NCBI GenBank assembly: GCA_023515725.1
Contig: JALDTO010000154.1
Span: 696,988 to 760,987 of the forward strand
Length of the DNA stretch: 64,000 bases
Direction of reading: 5' to 3'
Origin: Amoeboaphelidium protococcarum X5
Lineage: Eukaryota; Fungi; Aphelidiomycota
Every line of letters begins with the position of its first letter. The first letter of the stretch is position 1. Under the pieces are notes generated by a model that was given only the letters and a program-made list of their open reading frames with translations, did not search any database and was not told the DNA's origin. The position numbers and the translations under genes were made by a program. This document shows positions 1 to 14,468 of the stretch, in pieces.

Positions 1-163
1 CCTTTAGTGCCTGAAAGGGTCCTTAAATTGTCGATCAAATGTTGCGAATCAAGCGGAATTTGACGTGACAAAATGTCCCTTTAACGCGCCCTAACCCCCC
101 CCCCTCATAGACGTCTTTTCACCATAAACTCAACTTGCAAACCTCTGAAAATTATTGACGCCA

Positions 164-1507
164 ATGATAAGTAAACGCGCTAGTTAATGGATTAATACAC
201 CTTATGGTCTGATGGAAGGGATGCAGCTTGCAAAGGCAGACCCATTTTCACTTGATCAAAACGTTGCTGGATGTATCAACCTTGGAACTGCAGAGAATGA
301 GCTCATGTTTGACCACATCCAGTCTATAGTCTAGTCGAGTTAATGTCTAGAAATAGCGGCACAAGATGCCAAATACAATGACTTTTTGGGGATAGCCCGC
401 TTGCGTGCATCTCTATCATCCTTTATAAATGAGCGCTTTGAAGTTCATCACTAACTCAAGTTGGCACCTGGAAATGTGTCTCTGCACAATGGCTGTGGAT
501 CAGCGATCGAGTCTCTGTTCCATGTTCTCTGCGATGATGGTGATGGTGTTCTCATATTCACACCTTTCTATGGTGGTTTCTGTATGGACGTTGAGTTGCG
601 TGCACATGTTAAGCTCATTCATGTTCCCTTGAGTAGTGAAGATGGATATGCATTGAATGCTGACAAGTTGCGAAAGGTGTACAAGGACTCTGTCGCGTAG
701 GGCGTCAATGTGAAGGCGCTTCTCCTCATGAACCCCGATAATCCTCTCGGAGTCATTCGCTCATCCGAAGAGATGGTGTCAATGATAAAGTTTGCTGAGG
801 AGTATGACTTGCATTTGGTAGTCGATGAAATTTATGCTCTGTCAGTATTCGATCAGAAGGCTTTGCAGGTGTAAAGGTTTAAGTCTATTTTGACGTTTGG
901 TGACGTGATAACTAAGCCTCAAAATGTTCATCTTCTTTGGGGATTTTCAAAGGATTTTTGCGTCAATGGATTTCGATGTGGAGTAATTGCATCTCTGAAT
1001 TAGGAGGCGATGTATGGACTTGCCGTGTTGTCTTACTTTACTGGAGTGAGCACCGTCTAATAGAAACTAATCTGTGACATGATAGAAGACAGAGAATGGG
1101 TAGACTCTTTTGTTGGTACAAACATGTAAAGACTACGCAATGCGTACCAGACTGTAACATAGCGTATCACTGCCTTTAATGAGTCACTTACTGATGCGCG
1201 TTATGCTATAAAGTATGTGGAGGCTGAGGCTGGCTTCTTCATATGGTTAAACTTGTCTCCTTACATTCATCTAATGGACGGAACAGACATGACGGTGTAA
1301 GCTAAAGAGCGTCTATTATTTGTCGACCTTATTGAAAATGGCAAGTTGTATATTGCACCATCCAGTCTGGCGTTTTATGGCGCCAAGTCTGAAAGTGGAT
1401 GGTTTCGCATGATTTTTGCCGCTCAAGATCAAGTTTTGAAATTGGCTCTGGATCGTCTCTTTAAAAGATTATTAGAGCTTTAATCATAGAGTGAAAATAA
1501 TAAATGA
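164..1507 (+). CDS. ACC synthase-like PLP-dependent aminotransferase (class I/II)
   Basis: One frame from ATG164 to TGA1505-1507 with TAR=Gln. Motifs: INLGTAENEL, FTPFYGGF, NPDNPLG, VVDEIYALSVF and PLP-lysine WGFSKDFCVNGFRCG. Confidence 0.85.
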
Positions 1508-2169
1508 ATTTTCAATTGCTCATTTTTGGTTTTACTCATGTATTGGAGGAAGTTGGCCATACATATAGTGGTCGTTCAGTTCAATCAAATTGGCGTCTCA
1601 GAGCGCGTCATTGTACGAAACTTACTCGGTCCTCGCGAGTTTCAAGCAGCGATATGAAACGTCGTTCCAGGTATAACATATCAGCTAAAAGTTTTAAATA
1701 TGTCTTTTGAATTAAAGTGGATTCTACATAAGTAGTTAAAGTGATTTAAAAGTTTCTAGAGCTTCAAGACTATAAATAATCATAAAATTACGTTTGTTCT
1801 GACTATAGCCACATGGCGCTGGCCGATCATTATCAACTACGTGTGGCTTTATACGCGACTGCTAGAAAAGAATGTGGTAAATTTTAAACAAATTTACGAG
1901 ATTCAGCATACAAAATAGTTTAACGGAGTTATTTTGTTTACAGCTCTTAGCCCGGTCCGAAACACGGCCGTTAGCAGTTTTGATGCAATCGCCCTTCACG
2001 CGTATGCTGTTTTATGCAAACAGAATATCTTTCACCGTCGTCGCTGTTCGGTGTCGCGCAGTTTCAGGTCGAATTTAAACTTTAAAAAATCATACCCGTC
2101 ATTGTTCTATTAGTGAGTCAATTCTAGCCATAAGTTATTGTGTTCCATCTCTCTCCCTGGTCAACAATC

Positions 2170-3546
2170 ATGTCAGCGAAACAGGTAAAGTCTTTGGCAT
2201 ATGTGGTTCTGCTGTCTATGGCCTTGATCGTGGTCTCTATGGCACTCATTTACAAGTCTCGCATTATACATCACACTATTGTACACTCTTCTGTCGGTTC
2301 TAGTTACCGTGACGTTGTTCAAAGCATTACTGGGCAAAGTTCATCATCTCACCCATCTACCGCTTCAGGTTGCGGCAATTGCTTGAACAGTAATCAAGAC
2401 TGCTCCATTCCGAATATCGTTAATTTTGCATATGTGACTCCATCCAGGAATAGCTCTCTCAACTTCTCCTTTAAAGATTGGCTCTGTGTTCATTCTGCTG
2501 CATTCCATCAGAACCCTGACGTTATATACATACACACAAATGCAGTGTATAATATGCCCATGTAGGTATCTGAGAAGGAAGCGCGGACTCAATTCAGGCA
2601 CTTGTACCCATCCTACTGGACATACCTAATTCTGACTCAGTATCCGCAAGTTTAGGTGAAATTTATTGAGGTGAATGATACCACACCACTTGGCTATAAG
2701 ATCAAGAGACTTGAGAATTTGAGTGATTTTACGCGCACTCAGGCAATGATGAAGTATGGTGGAATATACTTGGATTTTGACTCTTTTCTATTGCGATCAG
2801 TTGATGGCTTGCGATGCACTGGCTACCGATCTGTAGTTGGATATCAGGCTGATGGCAGGATTGCGTGTGGTATGTGGTTGAGCTCCCCCAGTAGTAGTCT
2901 AGGTGTGCTGTACAGTAAACTACAAGGCGATGCTTTTAATGGTGCTTGGGACACTCATGCGGTTAAATTGTTGGACATTGTTGTGCAGAGTATCATGTAG
3001 TTTGACACTAAATAATCTGCGGGCAGTGGTGGAAGAGAAGTTTTGGCTATGTATCACAATGCTTTCTTTCCACTCGGATGGAGCTTGAAAGATTTACAAG
3101 TGCTTTATAATAATGACATCAACTCTACATCCGATGGGACGTTTGAGGATACCATAGAGTCATCTCTGGATTTTGATAATGTGTAAACATGGCTATCTGT
3201 GGATCAGTTGCAATAAGTTGAAAGTCAAATAAGATAGAAGCTGGTTGGTTATCATTTGCCTAAAGATTCTATCGGCAATACGACATTGCATCGTGCCACT
3301 AAATCTAAAGTGTTCGACTGGTCCAAATCATATGCAGTTCATGGCTTTAATAGTGGAGCGAAAAAGTATTTCGCCTAAGGTAAATTCGCTGGCATTTCCA
3401 AAGGGATTCCAGAAGGATACAGTGATGGAGTGACTATTGACTATATTCTGCAGCGTAAAAGCAATTTTGCAATTGCGGTCTATCCTTCACTGAAAGATGC
3501 TCTAGACAAGAATGTTGTGAAGCAAGAGCTAATAACTACTTGGTGA
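2170..3546 (+). CDS. Type II membrane glycosyltransferase, GT32/DXD family
   Basis: N-terminal TM anchor, IPNIVNF, SDFTRTQAMMKYGGIYLDFD (DXD), C-terminal DYILQRKSNFAIAVYP. Open to TGA with TAR=Gln. Confidence 0.8.
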
Positions 3547-3677
3547 TGTTGACTTTATAAGAATATGATGATGACCTTTTGTGTAAATACAATTTCATAA
3601 CTTAACATTTTAAAATAACGCTTGACAAGAGATGTATGTGGTAGAAATTTCATATATTTATAAATATAATGTTCAAC

Positions 3678-5384
3678 TCATTATTGCACAGATTTGTCTT
3701 GATACAGACCAGATGTCTGGGTAGAAATAGAAAACATTCCAGTGGGAAGACTCTCGGACAGAATGACATAGTCTTCACCTTCAGGTAACAGCGAATCATC
3801 TTGGTTATCCATGAGGTTACAATAACTATCTCTAGATGTATCATTACCGAAATTGATACTACTTCTTGACGCGGTACATCGATTAAAATTGTCAGCCTTG
3901 AGTTGTTCATGTAATCTACCCACGAGATTTTAATCAGATCGAGATAAGTGGAACCCAGAAGTGGGTGACAGACATTGATCATGCACACCTAGAACGGGAC
4001 TTTTGAGTTTTACAGAAGCATTATTGTATACTTGCGGAGATTATGTTTAATCCAAGATTAATGGCGCTTCTTACTCTATTTACATCGGATCAACCGCCAT
4101 ATAATCTGCGACTGGAGTTTAAGTAGATTGATCTACAGATGGCCACTCAGAAAGTGTCTACGTAGATGCGGACTATACCATCTGTCCTTATCCATCTGGC
4201 CTACCACTAGTAACAACTCTAGAATAACTCATTGCAGGAGTTTTCCATACATTAGCGCCGTTACTGAGGATATTGCTATTAGCGGCATTAACGTCTTGAC
4301 CAAATGGAACAAAATCACTTCCGCTTTAACTGTTATAATCCATGGTAGAAGTCTTCAGCAGAGGGAAATCGCTCTCTTTATGCCGGTATATCTAATCCTT
4401 AACACTGACGGCGGCCATTTACTTGTTCAAATCATCCTCATTAAGAGACGCTCTTCTCTTCTTATTGCTGCCAGTATTATTCCTTTTGTTATTGTTGTTG
4501 TGTCGATTCGAACTAGATTCAGAAATGGTCTTATAATTCAAAGGAGAAGACTTGTGATTCTAAAATCCCTTTTACTGACTTGATTACAACAAATAAGCAC
4601 CACCACTACCACTGCTTCCGCTACTAGAGCTACACCGTACCTGCTCTTTCGATGTCTACTAACCGCCAGATTATACAGCGCCCCGACAGGACTAATGCTA
4701 TTAAGCCAAAGACTTTGAATTATTGAAAGATCTCTGTTGATCAGATCGGTCCATTGGAGAAGATTATCCATTAAAAGACTTGCCTCCGCCATGACAAATG
4801 GACTTCCAAAAATTAGAACCTTGATTATGACCATTGTATGAATAGCAATTGCCACCATATACTTAACCATTACCATAATTGTATGACTAAGAGTATGCAG
4901 AATAGTTATGTCGCTAATTATAGCTCTAATAAGAACCATTCTAATAGTTGTGATACTGCTGAGGATAAGGATCACCATTCACATATGGATCAGAAGGACA
5001 CCGTTTACTCTGTCTGTCCCCAGTACCATTCCACCTATTATCATTATTATTATTATGACCGGTTTGACTATTACTACCAGCGGCAGAACGCTCAGATCTG
5101 GCTAAATCCATACTATACATGTTATTGTTAGAGCCATATTGATGTCTAGATCTATACTGATGACGATGATAAGGATCAAGTCCATTACTATTATTGCTAC
5201 TGTTCCAGTTATATCCCCGCCTTCGGTCAAGATTTGAATCATCTTTACTGCCGCCGTACTGAGACTAATGATTGAGAGAATAAGTAGTAGGAGGGGGAGA
5301 TAGTGCCGACTAATGGTGAGATGCCGTGGCAGTTGATGAACCCGAAGCAGATGCAGCAGAAATGACATTCGATGGATTAGTCAT
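3678..5384 (-). CDS. Low-complexity N/Q/S/Y/G-rich hypothetical protein (~568 aa)
   Basis: Frame from MTNPSNVISAAS to ...DKSVQQ-TGA with TAR=Gln. No recognised domain. Confidence 0.65.
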
Positions 5385-5912
5385 ATTTTAAATGCTTTCT
5401 ATAATTCTACGGTATGATGTGAGGGAACGTATGTGGGGACAATATGAGTACTATAAATGGATAGGAGATACTTTAAATTGACAAATAAATTACAGACCAG
5501 TTCAATGTAAAGATTAGCGAAATAGTTTCAGCAGAGTGATGCCTAAAGTTGATCCTGTTACAAAATGCAGTAAGTTCCAGAGTGATGATATAAATAGGGA
5601 TGAATATATTCTGTCTGTGATGCAAAAACTCCTCCTTCAAGGAAGAAATCTCAACTTTCCGAGCACAACAACAACAACAACTCTGCGGTAGGTAAGAGAG
5701 AGAGTTAGGGCCAAAGCGCGGAAAGAACGCAGGCCTGAGCTGAGAGCAAAGCGAGTGAGAGAGGTCGAGTGGAATGAATCAGAGTCATGATGAAAGAAAA
5801 TCTGCCACAATGTACAGTTGGCACTATATTCTGAATTTGACAAGTGAAAGTGTAACGCGAAATTCCTTCGTTTTATTGGATTCAAATCTAATAGTACTTT
5901 CTCTTGCACTGA

Positions 5913-7526
5913 TCAAATAATCTGTCCATTCTCGTCGATTGCCAAAGTTTCATCGTCCGCGTATTACTACTGCTGAGTATTAGCAGAGTTGAGCTTTGAT
6001 CCATCACTTTGCTGCTGCTATTGAGTCGCGCTATAACTAGAGTTGTCTTGGAATTATTAGAATTGGAATTACTGCTAATGTTGTGCAGGGTAATATTAAG
6101 CAATATTGTAGTTGTAAGTCTAATCCTGTAACTTCCACGAACCAGATCTTTAAGAATTACGTCTAACATTGACCGAATCTTCAACATAAATTTCAGCGTA
6201 CAAGCTATAACTTCTGTGTTCATTCACCTCCATAATCAACTTGCCGGCAACAACATCACCCTTATTGACAGCCAGCGGTTCTTTAAACAAGAGTCTCAAT
6301 TACTACCAATGGGTGATAGGATGGAATGGCGACGTGCTCATTAAAATCTCAACACTTGGCTGCTACTATGCAATGGGAATTTTATCAGCATACTCTGGTG
6401 GCACGCACGGCTTGTCACTGAATACAAGATCAAACCATGACGCAAGACCATGCAATAGTGCACTATACGCAATCTCCCATCTCAAAGGGATCTCTATTTA
6501 GTACATTTCTTCCACTTTGACACGCGTAAAATCCACCAAATGCCGATTGTACGTTGACAACATCTTGGAGGCATCATCATCATTCTCCACAACTCCATTA
6601 AGGAACGAATTTGGATCTCTAGTCACAACAAATGGTTCATGAGTCTACTTGTATGAATGACGAGACATGATCAAGTATGGTGCAATCGGGCCTACGACGG
6701 GAGATCCGAAAGCCTCATCTTTGGCCAATTCATAATATCCACTGAAATCAATTCCAAAGATCTATTTCCCACCGACAGAACTAGCTGTGTGCTGCTGTTA
6801 ATGATACTATTAAGCTTCATCGCCAAATTACTATTGTGGAAGATAGTTCTGAGGAGGGAGCAAAAGCGATTACGCAGGATCGATCCAGTATCTACTCTTA
6901 GCCAAAGTCTCATTGTACAGGATCTAATCAGAGATGGGTTCCATTACAATCACTCCACCGGATGGGATCATAAAAGACATTTATGACCATGATTGAGACG
7001 CTTCATCATACTGTGGCTTATTCAAAAAGTAATCTCTAGCCCTGACATAAGATTCACACATACGCTCATGCAACAGCATTACTCCGATAGGCTCGGAAAC
7101 CAGCGAATCTATCAGATGCTTTAGTTGTAGCTATTAACTATTGCCATCGGATGCGATCAACTATTCCACTTGATCTTGCAATACGCGAATACTATCAGGA
7201 TTCAGCCACGGGAGATTAAGACCGCGTTCAGTGGAATATTCGATAAACTTGATCAACTTCTGTGCCATGGAACTGCCTTCTACTGCAAACACCTTATCAG
7301 CACCTCCGATCAGACTGAAGAAGGATAGAACACCACTGCCTGCACCGATATCCATCACACTCTTCCCTTAGACACAACGTGGCGCCAGAACATTTTCAAT
7401 CACATACTTGTACGTTTCCGTTCTAGAGCCATCCTGCAACATGTTTTGCTGATTCGACAACTGCGCATAATAACCAAAATACTACTCATCCTTTTTCGAT
7501 AAACTATCAGATTGCTAAACGTCCAT
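5913..7526 (-). CDS. CARM1: Protein arginine methyltransferase, CARM1/PRMT4-like
   Basis: [50 protein letters not shown] and THW loop. Q-rich C-terminus. Confidence 0.85.
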
Positions 7527-7818
7527 AATGGCTTAATGAGCATCTATTTCTACGCGTTAAGGGTTTAAAATGTTAGGCGATAGAAAAAGATTCTGCGATG
7601 ATCAACCAGTGATATAGAACTCCAGTCGGAGATCAAAGCGCGCTTTTAGGTGACAGAGGAGAGGAGCTTAGTGAGGGAGAAAAGGTCAAATATCGCGCGC
7701 GCGAGCCTCTCAACAATTATCTCTCGCGTGTGTTTGCTTTGCAAAGTCGACACGTCGTAACTTGATCTTTTTGCGCGATCGATCATTCAACCCAGACAGA
7801 TAGAGAGAGACAGAGAGA

Positions 7819-10059
7819 ATGTTGAAAAGAAAGGTTATAGATCAATTGCTGCCTCCCGCTGATGGTATCGTGGCTGTGTAGAAGAAAGCCAATATATTGG
7901 ATAAGCTGAATCCTCTTAAATGGAGTAGACCGTTGACATTAGATAAAATTGCCAAGCGATATCCTCCGCAGACTTCATTGGAGACTGAAAATGCGTAAAA
8001 CGTCATCAAACGTCTTTAGTAGTAGTATTCCAAGTACAGCTCATGCCCAGTATGTTTACAGGAGAATAACACGATTGATACTAATGCATTATCATAAAAT
8101 CACGGGAATAGTAGTAGCGATAGTCCTAGTGATGGTGCGTAGAGATTGGTTTACTATGTGAAAGATGTACCAAATGGAACGACGCGTCCGCCGTTGCCCA
8201 TCCAGCCTTAGAAGCTTAGTGTGGATCCACCTACTTATATATGCCAAGATAGTAAGATGCCAACGCATTGCTCCGAGGAACATTATTTGCAAGATCAGAC
8301 TCATCCATTGGTCTCGCAGGTAATTAAGAGTATGGTCCAGGATCAGGTGGATGCTCAGAGTGGTCGCCCGTTCTGGGAGGTGAATTTCCCTACGACGGAG
8401 AGGTTGCGCATGTCATCTGGTACTTATACGCCACTAAACTGGTCTTCTTGGCGTTCTATATTCAAGACTAGAGGATTTCCACGTGTTCTTTATGCATCTC
8501 CATCGTCTACTCCTAACACTCCACATTTGGATTAGGTGGACACGGATAAGTATGCCGCGTCTCGACGATTGGTCAGTTCTCTACTCACATATCCTTATAC
8601 TATGGCATCTATAATCGGCGGTAGGCCATGGTTGTATTATGATAAAGAAGATATTGTAAAATTTCATTCATCTTCTAATGATGGTGATAGCGATCATACT
8701 GGAGATTAATAAGTTCTTAGGTACAAATAGGAAGATGTTAGTGCTGTTACTTCTTCAGGCTGGCATTATCTGTCGGCATTGAATCAGGCTATCGACATTA
8801 CTATCAAGACTGGGCGGTAGAAGGCTCATGCCAAGGAAGTAAAGTCTCCATCAAAGCGTAAAATGTCGCTATGGTAGTAGTTAAAGAGTAATGCGATTGT
8901 TGCTTCTCTAATGCCTTCATTATAAGCACCACCTGTTGATACCAAATAGATGCTCAGCTAAATGATTAAGCCAACCAAGCTGACGAATGATCTGCTGATT
9001 GCACAGCTCAAAGACTCTCCAGTATTTCGAATGTTTATCATTGGGGCTAGTTCAGAGTGTTTGCTGATGCGCGGTGCTTGGGAACAACTAAGTCATATAT
9101 TCCAAGGTCATGTACCACTACAAATTTACTTTATTGGTGAAGATGCGCATTTTCCAAAGACTCTGTAAGCGGCCAAGTATGAACAAATGGATGCTCTTGG
9201 TGAGAAAGTGAATGGGTGGAAAGAGACTTTATTCACTACCAAGAATGATCATATTAGACGTTAGAGATTCTAGAGGAGTTACATTCCTTGTGATGAGAGC
9301 TAAAAAAAGCAACTGCGCTTTGGTGATGCCACTTTCTAGCAATATAGCGTCGCTGTGAATAAAAGCTTGAGATTTAATTTTATTAAATCCAAGTACACAC
9401 CGGAACTACATCAAGCATTGCAGTGTTCAGATACTGATGGGCTGATCCTTGATCAGAAGTTTCGTCCGAGTAGAGACGCGTTTTTTGTGTTCAATAGTGG
9501 AATGGGTATGTTTAGATAATTTTTGGACTAGAATTAGAAATTGGCACAAGATTAAAGTCCTGAGTTCGAGAATGATGTATTCTCAGATCTGTCTGAAGCA
9601 GAATAGCGGTCTCTTAAACGCTAGCGTGATAACTTGAAATCTTAGGTGTAATGGGCAATGTAATATTAATTGGATTGGAAGACAACTTTGGAATCTATCG
9701 CCAGTACCAAGTGCATGGCTGTTTTCACGGCTTATAATATGCAAGAACTGGAGAATGATATTAGTTTTCTGTACCAAAACTTGAGGTTGACATCTCCTGA
9801 TATTATGATGGCTACTTAAGGCGATAGTAGCGATTCTGATACTGACAAGAAGTAGATGGAGTTCTTGATCCATCCTGTGGTCAATCACTTTGCATCGCAG
9901 CGTGCTGACATTCCCTTTGATACTTTAGGCGAGCCTCATCTGTGGGCTTAATCTAATGCTTACTTGTATGCGTTAAGAGGCACCGGATCTGAGATTATCA
10001 GAGACGATTAAGATGTCAAATCCCTGGAGTCTGCAGATCAAGAATCATTTTGGTTCTGA
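7819..10059 (+). CDS. MSS51: Mitochondrial Mss51 homolog (Cox1 translation/assembly)
   Basis: PTHCSEEHY, SGRPFWEVNFP, LLTYPYTMASI and FRMFIIGASSE..AWEQLSHIF match Mss51 blocks. Frame ends at TGA10057-10059. Confidence 0.75.
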
Positions 10060-10199
10060 TTTTAGGTTTGTGTGTGCCATGAGCATTCAGTCGTTGGACA
10101 TTTTATAGTGCAGTTATGAAGTGATATAGAAAAGCTTAAGTATACACTTATGCCATTACACTTTTATTCCATCCATTTAATTTCTGCGAACTTTTTAAA

Positions 10200-11970
10200 T
10201 ATCCACGCTGCACAGTTTTACAACTCAAGTCTACATCATGAAATACTTGTAGATTTCCCCAAATTTCAAATTAATTGCCTTTGAATCTTCTGATATATTA
10301 CGCTCCACTTTGCCTCATGATAATCGCGTCATGCGTCGTGGAGTCAGAAGTGATGTAGATGAAGCGAACGTGATCAGCCAGATGCTGAGACCACACAGTT
10401 TCATCCATAAAAGACTGAGACTTCCTAAAAGGAGAATGCTTACAGTAATGCTGCAACACACTATATCCACTTAAGCCAACTTTTTATGTAAAGATATCCC
10501 TGGCTCTGCTGCTATGGTCAAAGTAAGACTGCAAAAATACAGAGATCAAATTGATGAATCCATCGCAATATATCATCGCATCAATTCGATGCTAGTAACT
10601 TCCATAGCAGATGATCAAAGTATCTTCTTCATACAGAGACTTGAACTCTCCTCCGAAGGCTTTGACTGGAAATCTACTTTAAGAGCACTTAAAGAGAATT
10701 TAGTAATATTCAACTCGCCGGCCAAAGTACAACTTTAAAACTCGGTAGATTATTACTTAGAGAGTCCCATAATCACAAACATTATAAAAGCAAAATCCCT
10801 ATCACTAATCGCTACGATTCTAATAACTTCCCCAATATCATTGCGTACTGAATTATACATTGCAGTTAAAACAGATTAGCATATGGAGTAACATAGCCAT
10901 TCTCTTTCTCGAACAAACCAGAGTCGATCCACTCGAATGGTATGTTTGCGAGCTCATATTAGTTATAGACAAATAATAAAGCAAATCGCAGTTTAGATAT
11001 CGAGTAGCGTTCTTCGCGGTTCTTTTCAATGACAATGCAAGCTCTTTCAGCAAAGTATTATACATTCTAGTTCAAACATTGCTCATATAGTGCTTTAGAC
11101 CACCTGCAGCCGTTCAATAAATATGACTACTTCACAGATCCCAACAAGCGCGGCACTCGGCCAGTCAAAAGCAGCAACTTATCATCAGACAGATCCTTAT
11201 CTAAAGGGAACAAACCTCGTTCTCTGTTATAATTGACCACCGCTCGCCATTCTTCAGAGCTGTATAAATCGATATCTATTGTGGTCAATACGGCATCAAA
11301 GTCCCTAAACATCAAAGCGCACGGGAAAGGTGGAGGACATAGCACACATACAACATCCGTGACTCACATTTAGTACACTTAAGTGACCAAAGAGTCTCTT
11401 AAGAAGCTGCTAATTTATACCATCGTCCTAAGCAAGACAGTTCCATCGGTCGAGGCCAATGAATACGGGCACGTCGAGTGTGCATAGAAGATTTTTATAC
11501 AGCGTAATTAAAGCTTATACAGGATCACCATTAAGAGCGAGACCATCATCCAATAATTTCTAAATCCTAACAACATCAGCATTGATTTAATTTAACTGCA
11601 AGTCTTGATCATTGACGCGTGTTAAACTATCTATCAAATTGCGCGCACAATCCAAATCCGATACTCCATCAAATTTAGACAGTTCAGGCACGTAAAACAC
11701 AAGCCACTCTTAACTCTGTAAGCAATATAATGCACACAGATAGAGAAGCAGAGTTTTTCCACATCCTGCTGGTCCATACAAAACTCTTTTGACAATTTGG
11801 CTTTGACTGATACGCGACTATTTTACCGTTTTGCGAAATCTATTGATATCACACCTTTGAAGAAGCACTAACTTATAATCACCTTGAATATACTCTGGTG
11901 GTTCGAGTGAAGTATGATTTTGATTGCCAGTTTATAATTAGAAGTTATCATAAAATTAAAAGTCAGTCAT
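10200..11970 (-). pseudogene. Crinkler-like P-loop NTPase with putative nuclease-like C-terminus, frameshifted
   Basis: Walker A VLYGPAGCGKT, PVFIGLDRWN and LTGRVPRLL. The coding frame appears to shift near 11320, ~10860 and ~10630. The 3' end is approximate. Confidence 0.55.
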
Positions 11971-12496
11971 ATCGTTTATTGTGTGATTATTAAAAAACCC
12001 ACGAATCAACCGTTTATAAACGTGATATTCATCGACCAAATAGTCAAACATAAGTCTGATAACTCAAAACTGAATACGCTGGTTGCTGATGAATATAAAA
12101 AGTTCAACCAGCGCAAAACCGGAGTAGGAATATCGTTTTTTGTAACAACGCCAGGCGAATAACACTTTGTTACTCCTCCATCGCGTGCTCAGTAACAAAG
12201 TGTTGATTGAACCTTGAAATTCAGTAAGTCCAGCGCTTATAATTAATTTGATATTTTGATAAATGCTGCTTGGTTTGAGTTAAATTGTCAGAGAGAGAAA
12301 TAAAGAAAATGCCAAAATCTTGCTTCTTAATTATCACACTCCGAATGAAGACAGACAGTCTAGGAACGCGTCAGTAGGAAGCACTGCTCAACACAGTTGA
12401 AAATACATTACAAAAAGATACCTAAACGCAGGTAAAGAAAACACAAATTCAAAAGAAAAGGTCATGCTAATATATAATTAAAATGGGTCAATCTAT

Positions 12497-12979
12497 TCAA
12501 GATCTTGGAGCTTCCTTGTAAGACAGGACAGCCTCCTCGTTCAGAGCCTTAGTGACAGAGACAATCAGCTCCTTACCCTCATCAAAGTCAGCCTATAGCT
12601 TGTCACCCAACTCTCCCTCAGGCATCTTCACATCGTCCTTGGTGGTTCCATCGGGCAACATCAGAGACAGGAAACCATCATCAATGTTCAACACTGTGTA
12701 ATCGTTACGCGCGACGACAGGCACCTCCATGTTGTGAGTAGATGGGGAAATATCTTCATACTTCTTACCAGTGAAAATATCGATACCAACCATGTGCACC
12801 TTGGCGTGACCGTGCTTTCCAGTCTTGGAGGTGGACATGTCCACAATTTTACATGGACGGCCCTTCATCATGACCATACCGTTCTTACGCAGAGCAGAAC
12901 ACTGCATAGGGAAGGTGGCAGAGGCATTGCTTCCACCCTACTGCTCAAACTCGTGTAAATGTTGCTCGTCGTCAGCCAT
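12497..12979 (-). CDS. eIF5A: Translation factor eIF5A
   Basis: Hypusine motif [15 protein letters not shown] sits at the Gln of DKLQADFDEGK. Ends KEAPRS-TGA. Confidence 0.97.
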
Positions 12980-13454
12980 TTCTTTTGTACTTAAATATAA
13001 TAACAGAGATCTTAATGAAGATGAGTAGATTCAATAACACGCGACAATGCTGAAGCTGGGCTCTGTCAGTCAGCTTGAATTCTCGACAAAAAAGCTCAAA
13101 AAGGTTTCGGTTGAAAAACTCGGACGCGACAAGCGAGCGACGCGTTTTGAGTGTTTTTCTCCAAGTGTTTCAAGACTCGCTACGGTTCTCGAGAATTTTT
13201 GCTAGAATAGGGAGCACGTGTGATACTTTATCCATCTACTTCCGTATATGGTTTCTATATTTGTAAGCCATGCATGTGCTTGAATGTATTTGACTGCATT
13301 GATTTTGTTCTAAGCTTCACTTTATGTTCTGAACTCCATTTTGATAAGAGGTCACTGAAACGCTAATAGTGAAACAACCATTCAATTCGAAGAGAGAACG
13401 CTTTCTATTGTCTTTTTGATAAATAGCTTATGATATCTTTCATTTTTAATAACA

Positions 13455-14207
13455 ATGACCATCAGCATAAACCAATTTTAAATTAATGGGGATAAAAACT
13501 CTCAGTTTCAACAGGAAGACCATAATATTCAATAGACTGGATGTATGAAAGAGGCTCTTTCCACTTGTCACGCAGTTGACTATGAAACAAGCCTTGGAAG
13601 CGAGTTTGATATTGCAATGTAGAAAATCAGGGATGTTGTCCAGAGGATGAAATCAACATTAGTTTAAGAGGACAATGATGAGAATGAAAGCACTGGAAAG
13701 TCTTTGTGTAAATAGCAAATATCAAGATACTAAAGTCCACTGGCTGTGCGAAAAGTTTCAACTCACTGCACTCCTAGGAAACATCCATATTCTCCCAAAA
13801 CGCCTTCAAAACTCAGCATTGTGACGTGTCCTGCTGTATAATCAAGTCCTGCTGGTCAGTTTTTGGACTCTTTAACATCGGATACATTGGATAGAACGCC
13901 CGAATAAGCTAGAAAGTTGTTTGATAAGATTGCTGACATCAGAGCCATGGTCAATAAACTTTAATTGTCAGATAAAGACTCAAAGTCACTACAAGAAAGT
14001 AATTTATCACATTAAAATGGAAAGGAAAATGAAACTAATTCTCTGCAATCAAAGGGTAATCCACAATCTGCTTTAACTGTTAATAAAAGTGGATAAGCAA
14101 CAGTGTGTGATGATTCTGTATTCTATCGAAACTTCTCCCTTGATCAAGAAGACGCAGACTTGAATGAAGTGTCTATAATCGAAAATTCCATGCTACGTGA
14201 TGTTTGA
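13455..14207 (+). CDS. Hypothetical protein (~250 aa)
   Basis: ATG-to-TGA frame under TAR=Gln. No recognised motif. Confidence 0.55.
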
Positions 14208-14468
14208 TTTAATTAAATTAGTGATGATTATAATCTTGGTTTTATGAAATAAGTATTTAAAAACTATTCATTTCTGACGTTCAATGACAATGCTCGATTC
14301 TAGAACGTCACAACACATTGTTGCACTGATTGATCCCATTCGCTGATTGACTCTTGCAGTCTCGTGAATTAATGTCACCTCGTCTGAATTATAAGACAAC
14401 AGCACTTCATCTCTCGAGGTTTTCGATACTTAATCTTCCAAAGAATCTGAAAGTTGCTATTAAATAGA

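Noticed and set aside
88-106. CCCTAACCCC, telomere-like
   Set aside because: A single unit followed by a C homopolymer, not an array.
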